Shown here: positions 11,547-25,144 of the stretch, in pieces
Layout of the letters: every line of letters starts with the position of its first letter
Position numbering within the stretch: the first letter of the stretch is position 1
DNA from: Felis catus
Taxonomy: Eukaryota
Length of the DNA stretch: 64,000 bases
Assembly (NCBI RefSeq): GCF_018350175.1
Contig: NC_058368.1
Location: 45,324,001-45,388,000, forward strand
Reading direction: 5' to 3'
Translations under genes and position numbers: made by a program
The notes under the pieces: model-generated
The model's input: the letters and a program-made list of their open reading frames with translations, nothing else
The model's database searches: none
Told to the model about the DNA's origin: nothing

Positions 11547-13568
11547 ATTTATACGTTAGGATGAATTCAAATATGCTGAGTCAGGATATATTTGCACGTC
11601 ACGGCTTTTGAATATGGGATGTACGAAGTATGCCCCGATATGTGTGCAATTCCAGCAGCATCAATTTAGTCAGTAGAATGATAGCTGGGTTGAGACACAT
11701 AGTCATAATGGCCCTGGTGTCACATATTATGTGGGACAAGTATATAAGACTTTTTCTGACAACTTATTTCAGTCATCCACAAATCCTCCAAATATCAACT
11801 AGATATGAAAGTGATATATGTCACATATTTCAAAGACTTTTCCTGAAAAGAGACAATGTGTAGTGAAAAGACTGAAATTAAGGCAGCTTGAGCTGTTACT
11901 ACTTTGCCACCTCGCTGTAAAATCTTTGTGAAGACCAAATGACTAAAATGTCATCAGAAACTGTCAGCCCTAAGGCGCTACAGAAACTTAGGTACTGCTG
12001 GTGATGAATGACTGAAAGGATAACTAAATAATTTAATCTTTTAGGGAAAAAATATGCCATATGCTTGAACCATTGCTCATGTATAAAATATAAAAAATAA
12101 GTACAAGTGTACCACCTCTTTCCCTATGACCATTCAACTAATTAGTAGAGTTTCTAACAATACAAGTAAAGTCACTGAATAGCATTTAATCAATCAATGG
12201 AGAATTATTTATACAATGAAGGTCTTTGAACTTCTGTACAAGTCACTTGTAATCCAGGGGATTAGCTACTGACAACTAGAATGAGATGAATATTGAGAAT
12301 TTCAGTTACATTAAAAGTGATCCTGTGATGTATATGTTCCCGTACAGAAAAACCTTATAAGGTAACATTGCAAGAACAATGAAACTGATCAGGATGAAGG
12401 AGTCCCTCTCAACTGTTTTAGGAGACAAGTGGAATAACAAGGTTGGATTGTTACTCTTTGTTACATAGTAAAGAACTGTTACTGGCTAACAGATTTGTTT
12501 CTGCCATTATGAAAAATTAAAAGAGATCACAGGCACAAAAGCATTAACATTTGGCACAGAGGTTTAGATGTAATTTGGTACATTGCCAAACAGATTCATA
12601 CATTGTTTGCCAAGTTTTGTACATTATTATGCCAATTGTCACTTGTTTGATATTAAGAAGTTCCTGACATAGAAAAGAAAAATAAACTTCTCCATCTTAA
12701 AAATTAATGGACTTGCATTTTCACATTGGTCTGTCTCTTAACAAAAATAAACGCATAAATCTATTTAAGAAACCATTTAAGAAAATACACGTATTCATGT
12801 GAGTCTTATGCATATTATTTAAAACTTTCTTATTGTCTTCAAAAAATTTAGAAATATATATTAAAAAATAAAAAGCCTGCATTAAAAACAAATTCTTGGC
12901 TCTAGATGATGAAAATCTTATTAAAGGAGTTAACTGCAAAAACTTGTGCAGATAACACCTCTTGAATTTAATTACATTTATTATGATTAATCATTCCTCC
13001 CGAGAGCCAAATTTTTTAGGGCATAACATGAAATTGAAGGTTTATCAAGGTGGCATCTCTGAAGTGGCAAAGCAACACTGATCAGGAGGAGGAGGATAAA
13101 TTATTAAAGACATTTGGCACGAGGGGTTTGAGAAAATGTCTTTGGTTTCAGGCCAAATGTGAAGCTGCTGCTTGGCACATAAGCTAGTGACCCAAACCTT
13201 TTGGCTTTGAGTCTGATTCGACATCATCTTGCAGGCACTCTCCTCTCCTGCCAATACAAGAAACAAAGCAGTTCTCTGAAGAAGGAATAAAAGTGAACAA
13301 GTTGTTCCCTTGGTCCAATGCTATATTGTAGTCAGGTTTCCACTGTCATCGTAAAACAGACAGATGATACAAAACTGTGAAGGACAAAAGTGATTTTCTG
13401 AGAGCTCATGTCCGTGACAGAAATGACAGAGTTCAGCATGTAAAGATATTGAACTTCACAAACAAAAGAAGTTTTTACTATATGCATAGTTTAAAGAAAA
13501 ATCAAACTCCCCCAAAGTATCTAGGATATTAAATCTTTCTACTTGGAAATGTCCCTGGAGAAAAGAGG

Positions 13569-13954
13569 TGGAACTGAAATAAAACAAAAGCATTTATTTG
13601 GGGGTATCAGAATTGCAATTTTAGAAGCACAAATTTGGGTAGCATCTCAAATTGTGTCCCACTAGGAGAACAAAGGTTTAAGAGAAAAGGGAATGTTTGT
13701 ACATGTTGTTTACAAAGAATTCTGATTTGTGTTGGTGGCAGCAAACTGATTTCAGCTAAACATAATTGGTCATTGAGCAAAAATCTGTCACTGTAGCAAA
13801 CTGTGGATGTTTGTGCAGAATCCTTGGAATATTTGCTGTTCAGCCCAGTTCAAGAGTCTATGGTTTCACCAGGTGAGAATAAGCCTTAATGGCTTCCCAG
13901 CTCTATTTTGAAACCACTTGCTACAAGGAATTCCATTTTATTTCACCTTTCACA
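13569..13954 (-). mobile_element. Old ERV1-class solo LTR
   Basis: Minus strand begins TGTGAAAGGTGAAATAAAATGGAA, contains AAAATAGAGCTGGGAAGCC and an AATAAA near its far end. Confidence 0.55.
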
Positions 13955-14362
13955 AAATTAATATAAACATTAATAGATCTTTAAGAATTACTATGTGAGT
14001 AAAAATACGGCAGGAGAAAGAATATGTGATTTGGAAATATTCAACACATGAATACAACCAAGGTATACCTTAGGTATATTCTCTAGAGTCTGAGCTATTC
14101 AAAATCAATTTTCTGAGCTTTTAAGCTTCATATAACTTTTGCAAGATTGTTACCTAGTATTCTTTCATTAGGGAATATCCTTGGAATTGACACGGGCAAA
14201 TACACATGAAAATAAACGTCTACATAAATAGAAATGCTTAGAAATGATTAAAAATTTCCAGGTAGCTGGGGAAGTTTATAGGTAAAATGATGGACTCTGG
14301 GTCCATGAGTAGCCCCAAATTCCTTCTAACATTTTATCAGGTACCAGCTATAGGCTCAGAAT

Positions 14363-14567
14363 CTTTTTTTTTTAACTTAATTTATTTATTTTGAAAGAGA
14401 GCATGAGTGGGGGAGGGGCAGATAGAGAGGGATAGAGAGAATTCCAAACAGACCGCACACTATCAGCACAGAGCCCAATATGGGGCTCTACCCCATGAAC
14501 TCTGAGACATGATCTGAGCCAAAATCAAGAGTAGGACACTTAACATACTGAGCCCACTCAGACACCC
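14363..14567 (-). mobile_element. Can-SINE
   Basis: T-tail, GA-rich region, head remnant; TSD CTCAGAAT at 14355-14362 and 14567-14574. Confidence 0.93.
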
Positions 14568-14589
14568 TCAGAATAAATTTTTGTAATAA

Positions 14590-15340
14590 TTCTTTTTCTT
14601 CCTGATTTATAGAAAAGTTATGAATCTAATACAGTACCATTATACCCACACCCACTTTCTCTTGTGATTAACATACTATTAACATGGTACATTTGTCACA
14701 ACTAAGGAACAAATATTGATGCATTTTTATTAATCAAAGTCTACATTTTGTTTATATTTCTTTAGTTTTTCTGCTCCAGAGTCTCATTTGGATACTATAT
14801 TACAATTAGTCATCATGGCTCTTTGGCCTACTTTGTACCATGGCCCTTCCCCAGACTTTCCTTGTTTTTGATGACCTTGACAACTTTCAAGGAGTACTAG
14901 TCAGATATTTTGTAGACAATTCCTCTCTGTATTGTATCCCTCCATATTAGATGGTGGTTATGGGTTGGGGGAAGAAGACCACAGAGGTAAAGTGTCATTG
15001 TCATTATATTATATTTAGGGTGTATGCTTATAACATGACTTATCTCTGTTGATGTTGACCTTGATTACCTGGTTGAGGCAGTGTTTGTCAGATGTCCCCA
15101 CTGTAAAGGAACTTTTGTTCCAGTATTCTTTGAAAAGAATTTCTTATGCATAGTCTACACTTAAGGAGTAGAGAATTATGGCAACTTTTTATCAAGCACA
15201 ATCTTGTTTTCTGATCTTACAAGATGTTCTAGGATCAACTAACATAGTCCCTGTCAAAGCTCTATTAGTTTTTTCAAAAACAGCCTCAGTTTCTTTTACT
15301 GGAGAATGGTCTTAGAAACCAAGATGTAAGTGCTTGGTGT
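14590..15340 (-). mobile_element. Old L1MB/L1MC-type 3'UTR fragment
   Basis: GGTACATTTGTCACAACTAAGGAAC, CTTGTTTTTGATGACCTTGACA, GAAGACCACAGAGGTAAAGTG and TTAGAAACCAAGAT are typical antisense L1M 3'UTR motifs. Confidence 0.75.
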
Positions 15341-15687
15341 CAGCATGATTTTTAACATTTTGGATTATTCAAAAGAGATATGAAAAATTACAGTTAAGAT
15401 TATGGAAAATCTTGAATGCTTGCCAAAAGATATTAGACAGGATTTGGTGGCCTTTAAAAATTCAGGATCCTTTTTAAACAAGCAGATAAGTGATATCATT
15501 AAAAAGCATATGGGCTAATGTAACAAATATTAAAATAAATATTAAAATAAAAAGCATATGGACTAATATACCTTGGAACTTTCCACCTGAAAGTTTGCAC
15601 TTCCCTGGGTATAGCTTATTCCCTGCCAAAGAGAATGACTGCTTGCACAGCCTCAACTTGCCAGTTTCAATTTAATCATCCATGCAT

Positions 15688-16860
15688 TATTTCATTCATT
15701 TATTCATTCATATTTTAAAGGACTATTTTTTGAACATTTATTCATTCATTCAACAGTATTCACAGGGAATTTAATTGTTGCTTGGAAATTAGATGTGAAT
15801 TAAAACAAAACAACAAAATCTATACTCTTAAAAGCTAAATTCTAGTGAAGAGACAAACACAAAGCAATAAATACTTAAATGACAAAGAGTATGAAGTGAA
15901 TAAAAAAAAGCAGTCTGCAGATAGAAAATGATTGTGGAATATCAAATAATCATATTGTACATCTTAAAATTACATATATGTCCATAATATCTCAATAAGC
16001 CTGGAAAAAAATATTGTGGAACTCTTTGGAAAGGATGGACAAGCAAGACTTCTCTGAAGCAAAGACCCAGTGAGCATATGAGTCCTGGGGCCTTGCACAG
16101 CATGGTGGAGAATACAAAAGCAAGAATTGAAAGGGATGAACAAGATTAGGAAGCAGATTCATAAAAGCTTTATTAACTTTTGGGAAGATGTTGGGTTTGT
16201 TCTAAGGGTGACTGGAGGACACTGGAGAGATGTGAGGAAAGGAGCAACATGATCACATTTATATTTGTAGAGATTCACTCTTGTTCCTGGAAAAAGTTCC
16301 TAGAGACTGGGAGCCAGAAAGAAGCAGATAGTCTATTTAGAGGGTTATTGCAGTAACCCAGGCAGTAGAGGATAGAGGGTTGGATTAGCATGCTGGTGGG
16401 AAAGGAAGTGAAAAATACTCAGATGAATAATTTATAGTGCATAGTTTGAAGTGGTGCATATTTTAAGGCAGAGCTTTCAGGAATTGCCAATAATTTGGCT
16501 AAGAGGTGAGAAAGAAAGGGAGAGGCACATCTTTTGGCCTGATTTCTCTTTCCTAAAATAAGGGAGATTAGGCCAGAAGCAGGTGTTGAGGATAGCATCT
16601 TTTAGGTGCCAGCAATTCTGCTAGACCACACACACACATTTATCACAATGGAACTCACAATCTAGAGAGGGATACTGGTGCTTAATAAGAGACTGATGAA
16701 CACATAATGGCCAACTATGATAAGGAGGAATAACTGGAGGAGGAAGCTACATAATTTAAACCAGAAGGTCAGGAAATGTCTCTTTGAAGAAACAACTTTG
16801 TATTTAAGTCATAGCAAGGGAAAGATGGGAGAAAGGTTATGAAGGAAGGCTATGAGGCAG
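15688..16860 (-). mobile_element. LINE-2 fragments
   Basis: (TTCA)n L2 tail followed by purine-rich body (GAGGGTTATTGCAGTAACCCAGGCAG...GGATTAG). Confidence 0.7.
15940..16012 (+). mobile_element. Extremely 5'-truncated L1 tail inserted in L2
   Basis: TTGTACATCTTAAA...ATATCTCAATAAGCCTGGAAAAAAA with 9-bp TSD ATTGTGGAA at 15931-15939 and 16013-16021. Confidence 0.7.
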
Positions 16861-18944
16861 CAAGCATGGCTAGAGAATGACAATCCCGGAGGATGAGGTT
16901 GAAGGGCACTTTCAGTGGAAGAAATCAGAAAACTCATTACATGCATTTTAATGTGAGTACCTTTAAGGTAGAATGTGTATATGAGCACGTTTTGAGTTAC
17001 AGATGTAAACAAATGCAGGCTAACCAGAGGACAATGACTAAATGAGGATTTATATATTCTTGGTTCTGTGTATGTGCTTCTGAATTAGGTATATTTCACC
17101 ATGAATCAAAACTAATCCATTAAGCTGCCTTATGTATTGATTATTATTAGTTGTGATATCTCAAATCTAAAGATTTAGTAGCACCTCGCCACATGCTTTA
17201 TAAAGGATATATCTGCTTCTCCTGGTTGTAATAGGATCATATCTAAGCAGACAAAAGTGACATGATTCTATTTTTACAGTTCTCCAGCAAATATGCCTTT
17301 TAAATGGATATCCAAGAAAAGGCACCCTTGTGAAACAGCTTTCAAATGCTGACAACATACAGCCATCTTGTTCATTGGATCTTAAATCAAAGCTCTGCAA
17401 GACAATTCAAAGCACAGAAGTGTCAGGCAAATTCCTAACAACTGAAAATATTCAGTTTCTGAAAGCCTGACCTGGACTTCACACAGTCTCAAGTGTTCAT
17501 AACTTCGTGGTTGGGATTGCTCAGGAGGGAAGGGATAAATCAAAACTCCTAAAAAGATCAGAGTTTTCCTTATCATTCGTTTTTTCAAGAATTTTCTTAT
17601 TTTACTCCATTCCTCACTTCAGATTCTGAAGATTGTGGCTTTAACGGTTCATATATAGCATTTGCTTTTCAGAACCAGAAAGTAGATTCTTATTATCCAA
17701 GCTTCCCATAAAGGTGAAATATCACTACTGTAATGATTCTTGGAAAGCAGTGATAATTCAAATCAATCTCCATGTTCACTAGGGTCATGATACGATTATG
17801 TTCACCTAAATATTGGGCTTTTCTGATAGTCATGCTGTTAACAAATTTATTTGTTCCATGTCCAGTCTGAATGCCTTTTATTTACCTTGCCTTATTGCAC
17901 TAAGAATTCTAGTGTGATGGTGAATCCATGCAATGAGGGAGGAATTATCTTGTATCCCATCTTACTGAGAAAGCATGCCATCTTTACCATTATTATGCTA
18001 ATTGTAGACTCCCCTCTATTACAAACTTACAGATTTTATCAGTTTTCTCGAATTATTTTTATATTTTTGAGATTTTTTTTCTTTAGTCTGCGAAAATGAT
18101 TGCAAAAATTGATTTTCGAATCTTAAACCACCTTTGCTTTCTGTTAAATTTGTTCTTTTTGCCAGTTTCTTAAAAGTTCAGATCACTAATTTGAGGTCAT
18201 TATCTTTCTTAGAATTTGTGCTACACTATAAATTTACATGTAAGCACTGAAAAAGTCGCATCATACCAATGTTAATATTTTGTGTTTTTATTTCCATTTA
18301 GCTTAAAATGTCTTTTTTTTTAATGTCCGTTGTCACTTCTATTTTGACCAAAAGTTTCTTTGGGAGTGTATTGTTGTATTTCCAAATATTTTTAGGATTT
18401 TTCAGATATCTGTTATACATGTTTAGTTTAATTCCAGTATTTTCAGAAAATATCCTATGATTTTTAACATTTTTTTCAAATATGGTCTATCTTGGCATGT
18501 GGTTTTACGTGTCCATAAAAAATAGTGTTAAATATGTTTTTGAAAATAGTGCTATTTCTGGGTGAAGTCCTCTGAATATATCAATTGGATTTTATTATTT
18601 GATAGTGTTTCTTAGGTCTTCTATGTATACACTAATTTTCTGTGTTCTTATTCAAACAGTATATGCAAGACAGTGTTAAAAGTTCTGGCCTAACACTGTG
18701 GGTTTGGCTATTTTACCTTCCAGTTCTAGCAGTTTTTGTTTCATATATTTTAAACTTCTCTTGTTAGGTACATGGCTGTTTAGAATTGCTATGCTCTCCT
18801 ACAGATTTGACTCCTATATTGTTATTTGATGCTTGTTTTCATCCTTGATAATCTTCAGTGTTGAGCACTCTACTTTTTCTCTGATATTAATGTAGAAACC
18901 TCCGTTTTCTTTTGGTTAATGTTGGTATGGTATGTTTGTATTTC

Positions 18945-19160
18945 TTTATTGTGATAAATATAAGTGAACAGTTCATTGATATTAAGCACATTCATAATGT
19001 TGCACAACCATCACCACCATCTACCTCCATAATTTTTTTCATCCTGTCAAACTGAAATTCTATACCTATTAAACAATGACTCCCCATCCCCCCTCTCCCA
19101 GGCTCTGGCAAGTAACATTATACTTTCCACCTCTGTTATTTTTAATACTGTAAGTATCTC
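18945..19160 (-). mobile_element. L1MB-type 3' end nested in the older L1
   Basis: CATTCATAATGTTGCACAACCATCACCACCATCTA...AACTGAAATTCTATACCTATTAAACAATGACTCCCCA. Confidence 0.75.
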
Positions 19161-20404
19161 ATTCCATCCTTTTATTTTGACCTATCTTTCATTTAAATCA
19201 GATTTCGTTTAGAAAGTATATAATTGGGTCTTGCTTTTTCCCTCTTTTTAAATAAAATCTGGCAATCCCTGTTTAATTGGTCTGTTTATACCACTATAAT
19301 GTGTTGTATATATTGATAGGATTGTTTTGAAATCTACCGATGTTGGTAGTTGTTTTCACTTGTTTCATCTCTTCTTTATACATTTTATTTTAATGATTTT
19401 TCATAGTTTTGAACATTATTTTATGATCCAAATTTATCTCTACTATAGACTTACTATGTACATACTTTAAAAAATATTTGTAATGACTGTCCTAGGGTTT
19501 GGAAGATATTTATTTTCAGGTAATCAGTGCCTATCATAAAAGTTTATACCTCTTGATATAAATACCTTACAATACTATATTCCCAAGTATTATGCCAGTT
19601 TTGACATGTATGTTTACTCTCATAAATGCTGCAGACTTACAATAAATTCTCAATAATTTTGCTTTACACAGTCACTTATCTTTAAGAGTGATTTAAATTA
19701 ACAAGTTTATCTTTATTTTATTTATAATGCCCTTCATTTTTTCATGTTGATCCACGGTTCTGTCCCAGTTTCATATTGTCTTTTCAGGGAAATTTTTCTG
19801 TAAAAATTTTTGTAGTGGAACTTCCTACCAGTGAATTTCCCAGATTTTGTTGGTCCAGGACAGTCTTAAATGTTCCTTCATTTTTGAAAGCTATTTTCTC
19901 TGAATAATCTGGATTGATAGTGGTTATCTCCCACCCCCTTTAAGTATTTTAAAGACATTTAAAGACATCATGCCAGGGTTTTGTGGCTTGCATGCTTTTT
20001 GTTGCAATGTCTACTTGTTATTTTTGTTTGCCTACTTCTAACATAGTTTTTCCCCTTGTGTCTTCAAGATATTCTGTATTTTGTTAAAGCAGATTGAAAA
20101 GGATATACCTAGGTATATTTTGTTGTTGTTGACGATGAGGTTTCTAGATGTTCTTAAGCTTATTTTATTTGTAAAAATTTTCTGTCATTACTTTTGGCAA
20201 ATTCTATTTCAATAACTATTTCAAATTATTTCAAATGTTTTTGCCTCTTTCTCCCTTTCATACTTCTTGAGATCTCAACTACATGGTTGTTAGGTTGTTT
20301 GATATTATTCCACACCTATTATGTTGGGCTTTTTTTTTTTTAACTTTTTTCCTAAATCTATTTAAATTTGGTAGCTATCTACTAACCTTTCTTAAATTTG
20401 AGAC

Positions 20405-20613
20405 TTTTTTTTTAATATTTATTTATTTTGAGAGAGAGAAAGAGAGTTCATGAGCAGGGGAGAAGGAGAGAGAGAAGGAGAGAGAGTCCCAAGTAGGCTC
20501 CATACTGTCAGTGCACAGTCTGATGCTGGGCTCAATATCACCAAGTGTGAGATCATGACCTGAGCCATTAACAAGAGTCGGATGCTTAACGGACTGAGCC
20601 ACCCAGGCACCCC
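20405..20613 (-). mobile_element. Can-SINE
   Basis: T-tail, GA-rich region, ends GAGCCACCCAGGCACCCC. Confidence 0.95.
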
Positions 20614-21574
20614 TTGACTGATTCTTTCATAAGCTGGGTCAAGCCAAGTAAGAAGCCAACGAAGCCATTTTTTTTTTATACCTCTATTACTGTGCTTTTT
20701 GTTTTTAGCATTTCTGTTAGGTTCATTCTTATAGTTTTCATCTCTCTGTCAAAATTATGTATCTGATATTTCATGCTGCCCATCTTTTCTATTTGAGCCT
20801 TTAACACATTAATCATAGTTACTTAAAATTCCCTTTTTTATTCCAAAATATGTTTCACATATGAGTCATTGTGCTGATTTGCTTTGTGTCTTGGGAGTAG
20901 GTTTTCTTGCCTTTTAATATGTTTTGCCTTTTTTTCATTAAAGCTGGACATCTTATGTAGGAAAGAAGAGACCGAGGTAAATAGATTTTATATTTAAAAA
21001 GGGCCACACCTTTCTCCATCAGTGCTTTTAGTGTGAGGGCTTAAAGTTCATCTAGTAAGAAATGTGGCTGGGTTTTAGGTTTATTGCTGCAATGGTTATC
21101 CTCAGTGCAGCGCAGCGCAGGTTTTAGGTTCCCCTGTTTACCATGAATTTAGGGTATGGGTACATTTGCTAGAGAATTTTTCTTAATCATCTCCATCGTC
21201 AGCTTTAAGTCCTTGCTTTCTTCTGTGGATCAGAGAGATTTGTCCATGCTCTTGTGATTCTCACGGCAATATTGAGCTCTTATTTATAATTTGATGCTTG
21301 TTAGTTTAGTGGGGGGAGTGATTCTCTTTTTTTAGGATTAAACCTTAGACCTAGGCATGCCCTATGATCCCAGGTATTAGGGGTATGATCTTCTCAGTGG
21401 TCCTGAACCTTCCTGAGCTAAAGTTCTAGGTTCATTTTGTACTCCCGATCCTCCTTCAGGGCTAAAAGAGACTTTTATTTGTTTCTCCAGCTGCAGTGTG
21501 TTTTCACCAGACTCCTAAGGGGAACAAAGTATGTTCCTTTTACCCTGTAGATAAAGGATTTTATTCCTTAGGGA

Positions 21575-22064
21575 TGTGTCAACAAAACGAAACAAAACAA
21601 AAAACTAACATTATACCCTATGTAAAGCTAACAGGTTATATTCCCTCACTTACATGGATGCTGGCAGAAAATGTAGGAATCCTGGGTCAAAGACAAAAGA
21701 CATTTACTCATAACAGGCCAAGCAGCAGGAACTTTATGCTCGCTGTAATTCCCTTTGCTCCCCTCCTCCCAACTCCCATGAGGCAACACTGTTGTGTGAG
21801 GTGTCACAGGTAAGGGACTCAAAACCAGGAAAGCTATAGTTAACTCTAAGGGGCTGCAAACCTTCCTAACCTTTGCCCAAATCATTAGAAACTGTATATT
21901 TGTTATCCTGACAGAAAACATATATTTTCTGCATGTGAGGGAGATAGTATCTTCCAAGGCTGTTCACTATACAGATATTATTGGAAACACAGTCCAGACC
22001 AAAAGGCTATTTGTGCCTCTACTTGAAAGATATGCGAGAACAAAGAGAAATGTTTCTCAGCACC
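21575..22064 (-). mobile_element. ERVL-class solo LTR (MER54/MER74-like)
   Basis: GGATGCTGGCAGAA...CCTGGGTCAAAGACAAAAGACATTTACTCA motif; flanked by 5-bp direct repeat AGGGA at 21570-21574 and 22065-22069. Confidence 0.65.
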
Positions 22065-22554
22065 AGGGAGATGAAAATGTTTCTCAGCACTGGTTCCCTT
22101 TCCCCAAGTACCATGAAGGGGGCTTTCTCAGGAATTTTGCCTGGGAGATTTAAGCAAAAGAACCTGCAAAATGGCACAAAAGTCCTTTATATTTGCTGCC
22201 CCTAGGATCTCCACACTCTTTCCTTAGCTTAGCAATTTCCATCAACTTGTTAGCCACTCTTGCCTACTTTTCCTACTGGTCTGGGTCTGTTTCTGCCCCA
22301 AGTCAGCAAACTTTCATATCCTGTATCACTCTTCAGGTGGCTGTCACTTAGATCAGATGCTAGTCTGTCCTGCAACCTCCCTGGTGAGCTCAAGTAGAGT
22401 CGTGAACTTCCAGATTCTATAGCTGTTTTGTTGTTATAAGAGTGGGGACATATTCTTTCCAACTCTCATCACTGAGCAGAAACTTCAAGTCCACCTAGTT
22501 CAGATTGTTTCAATAGCAATCTGTTGATTCAAATCTACATATACTCTCTCCCAT

Positions 22555-22789
22555 TTTAAAATTTAAAATTAAAATTTAAAAAAAATTTTTAACGTTTATT
22601 TATTTTTGAGACAGAGACAGAGCATGAACGGGGGAGGGTCAGAGGGAGAGGAAGACACAGAATCTGAAACAGGCTCCAGGCTCTGAGCAGTCAGCACAGA
22701 GACCGACACGGGGCTCGAACTCACGGACCGTGAGATCGTGACCTGAGCCGAAGATGGACGCTTAGCCGACTGAGCCACTCAAGCGCCCC
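22555..22789 (-). mobile_element. Young Can-SINE (CpG-rich)
   Basis: Full body retaining many CpGs (GGGCTCGAACTCACGGACCGTGAGATCGTG). Confidence 0.96.
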
Positions 22790-23572
22790 AATTTTTCACT
22801 TTTTAAAAAATTCTTTGTGTTGCCACTATCCAATTACTGTTACGTTTTCAGGAGATTTAGAAATCAATCACCATGCCTAGATAGTATCCAACTTATAACA
22901 CTTCACATGTCTTTATTTAGGTGTATCGGGTAATATTCTCTTGGGGCCCAGGCTATGATTTTCATAGAAATGATGCTGTACTATGAAATTGGTTGACAAA
23001 GGCCAACTAATGCCATTATTTCCTTATCTACTTGGGGGAACTAACTTACCATCTCTCTAGCTGGCTCACTAACATGTTGAAGATTTATACAGCTTGTTAT
23101 TTTCTCCGCATTCAGCATCACTTCAGTTTTCTCAAAACTTTACTGATTTCACCATAAAGGAAATTTAGAATTCCAGCCAAGGGAATCAGACAGAACACAG
23201 AGCAGCGTTTTGGTCCTATGCCCACTGAGGACTACTTGAGGAAGCTAGCTTAATTTTGCTTTTGAAAATCCAAACTCAATGTAAAGTGTGAACTGGGAGA
23301 AGCCTGGATATAGGTGCTTTAAAATATTTCAGTTGTAGAATCTTTCTGTTGCATGGCCATGGACAAATACTTTAATGATTAACTATATAAGAAAATGTAA
23401 TGTAAATGTAGAGAGCAAAAAAGAGTCCACATTAACTTATAATATGTAATAGTAATAATTTTAAGATGGAAAAATAAAACTTACATATAAATATTTTTTT
23501 TAAGTCCATAGCCAAAGACCTAGAGTCAGGCCTATTGTTTTCTTTAAGCTTTTTTTTTTTTAACCTTAGAAG

Positions 23573-24228
23573 TATATGTGTGTATGTGTGTAAATATATA
23601 TATATATACACACACACATATATATATACATATATACATATATATATGTGTATATATGTATACGTATACATATATACATATATATATGTATATATGTATA
23701 CGTATACATATATACATATATATGTGTATATATGTATACGTATACATATATACATATATATGTGTATATATGTATACGTATACATATATACATATATACA
23801 TACACATATATACATATATATGTGTATATATGTATACATATATACGTATATATACATACATGTATACATGTATATGTATACATGTATATGTATATATACG
23901 TATATATGTATATGTATATATGTATATGTATACATATATGTATATATATGTATGTATTTATACATGTATATGTATACATGTATACATATGTATATATGTA
24001 CATGTATACATATGTATATATGTATATATACATGTATACATATGTATATGTATACATATATATGTATGTATATATACATACATATGTGTATGTATACATA
24101 TATATATATACATATACATGTATACATATATATGTATATGTATACACATATACATATACATATGTATATGTATACATGCATATGTATATATATGTATATG
24201 TATATGTATATGTATATATATATATATT
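23573..24228. repeat. ~650-bp alternating purine-pyrimidine (TA/TG/CA) tract containing a 38-bp higher-order repeat
   Basis: Directly visible; source of the Y/I/C/M/H-rich ORFs. Confidence 0.98.
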
Positions 24229-24958
24229 TATTTATTTGCAGCAACCTATTTCCTATGACTTTTACAAAGGAAATATATTACAATTCTTTGGATTGGCTCT
24301 CAAATTTTTAAGAATCTGTGTCCAGTTGAAGTAGCAATTTAAGAGTATCTATTTTCCATTTCCTGAACTTTGATGTTAGTTATTTCCTTTCTTAGAAATA
24401 AAGTTCTTAAATGCTTTATTTATTTTGTTTGTGAGTAGCTTCTCACATATACTTTGAGGAACAAAAAAAAGGAGTCTCGTGATTTTCAGGAATGATAAGA
24501 TACAGACCCTACTACAGAGGACATGGAGAGGACCTGAAAATATGCTGGAATTCTGTCAGATTTAGAAGTTTTACAGACTCATGTGAGGGACAAAGTTCAT
24601 TCAGGGTCTTAGCACTCTGTCACAGCAAAATATTCATTGATTTGGAACATCTGACAGCAGAAATTTAGAAACCAAATATTCTTCTTTCCAGTAATATAAT
24701 GCTGCCTCTTTTGGTAACTGTAAATAACTATGATAGACATGTTGTTAAATTTCACATTCATTATAGAAGTATGAGATATATGTGACAAAGAACATCTACT
24801 TTTTTCATAAGACTTTATTTTGCTTTAGGCAAGTGATAAAATATTGTTTTAGGAAAATTTGAATGATTCCAGGCATATTAACAAACATAATGGGTGATAC
24901 TATTAATAACACTATTACCATTGTTTTAAACAAGACATATTTATTTCAAGAAATAATT

Positions 24959-25144
24959 GGGCACCTGGTGGCTGAGTTGGTTAAGCATCTGAATCTTGAT
25001 TTTGGCTCAGGTCATGATCTCATGGTTTGTGGGATTGAATCCCACGTCAGGTCTGCACAGATAACTTGGAGCCTGCTTGGGATTCTTTCTCCTTCCCTCT
25101 CTCTGCCCCTCCCCACCAACTCTTTCTTAAAAGATTTTTTTTTA
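24959..25144 (+). mobile_element. Can-SINE
   Basis: GGGCACCTGGTGGCTGAG head; imperfect TSD AAGAAA(T/G)AATT. Confidence 0.92.

Larger units (their letters stand above)
18100..22490 (-). mobile_element. Old L1M (L1MC/L1MD-like) 5'UTR-ORF1-ORF2 start relic with nested insertions
   Basis: T-rich plus strand with antisense ORF2 endonuclease-region motifs (18180-18940), ORF1-like region (19750-20900) and 5'UTR-like end; heavily decayed. Confidence 0.7.

Noticed and set aside
23645..23795. CRISPR-like array of palindromic repeats
   Set aside because: No unique spacers, low-complexity units, mammalian context.
23432..24334. Long ORFs (200-270 aa) on both strands
   Set aside because: They are translations of the stop-poor TA/TG/CA tract (Y/I/C/M/H/T only) and are not genes.
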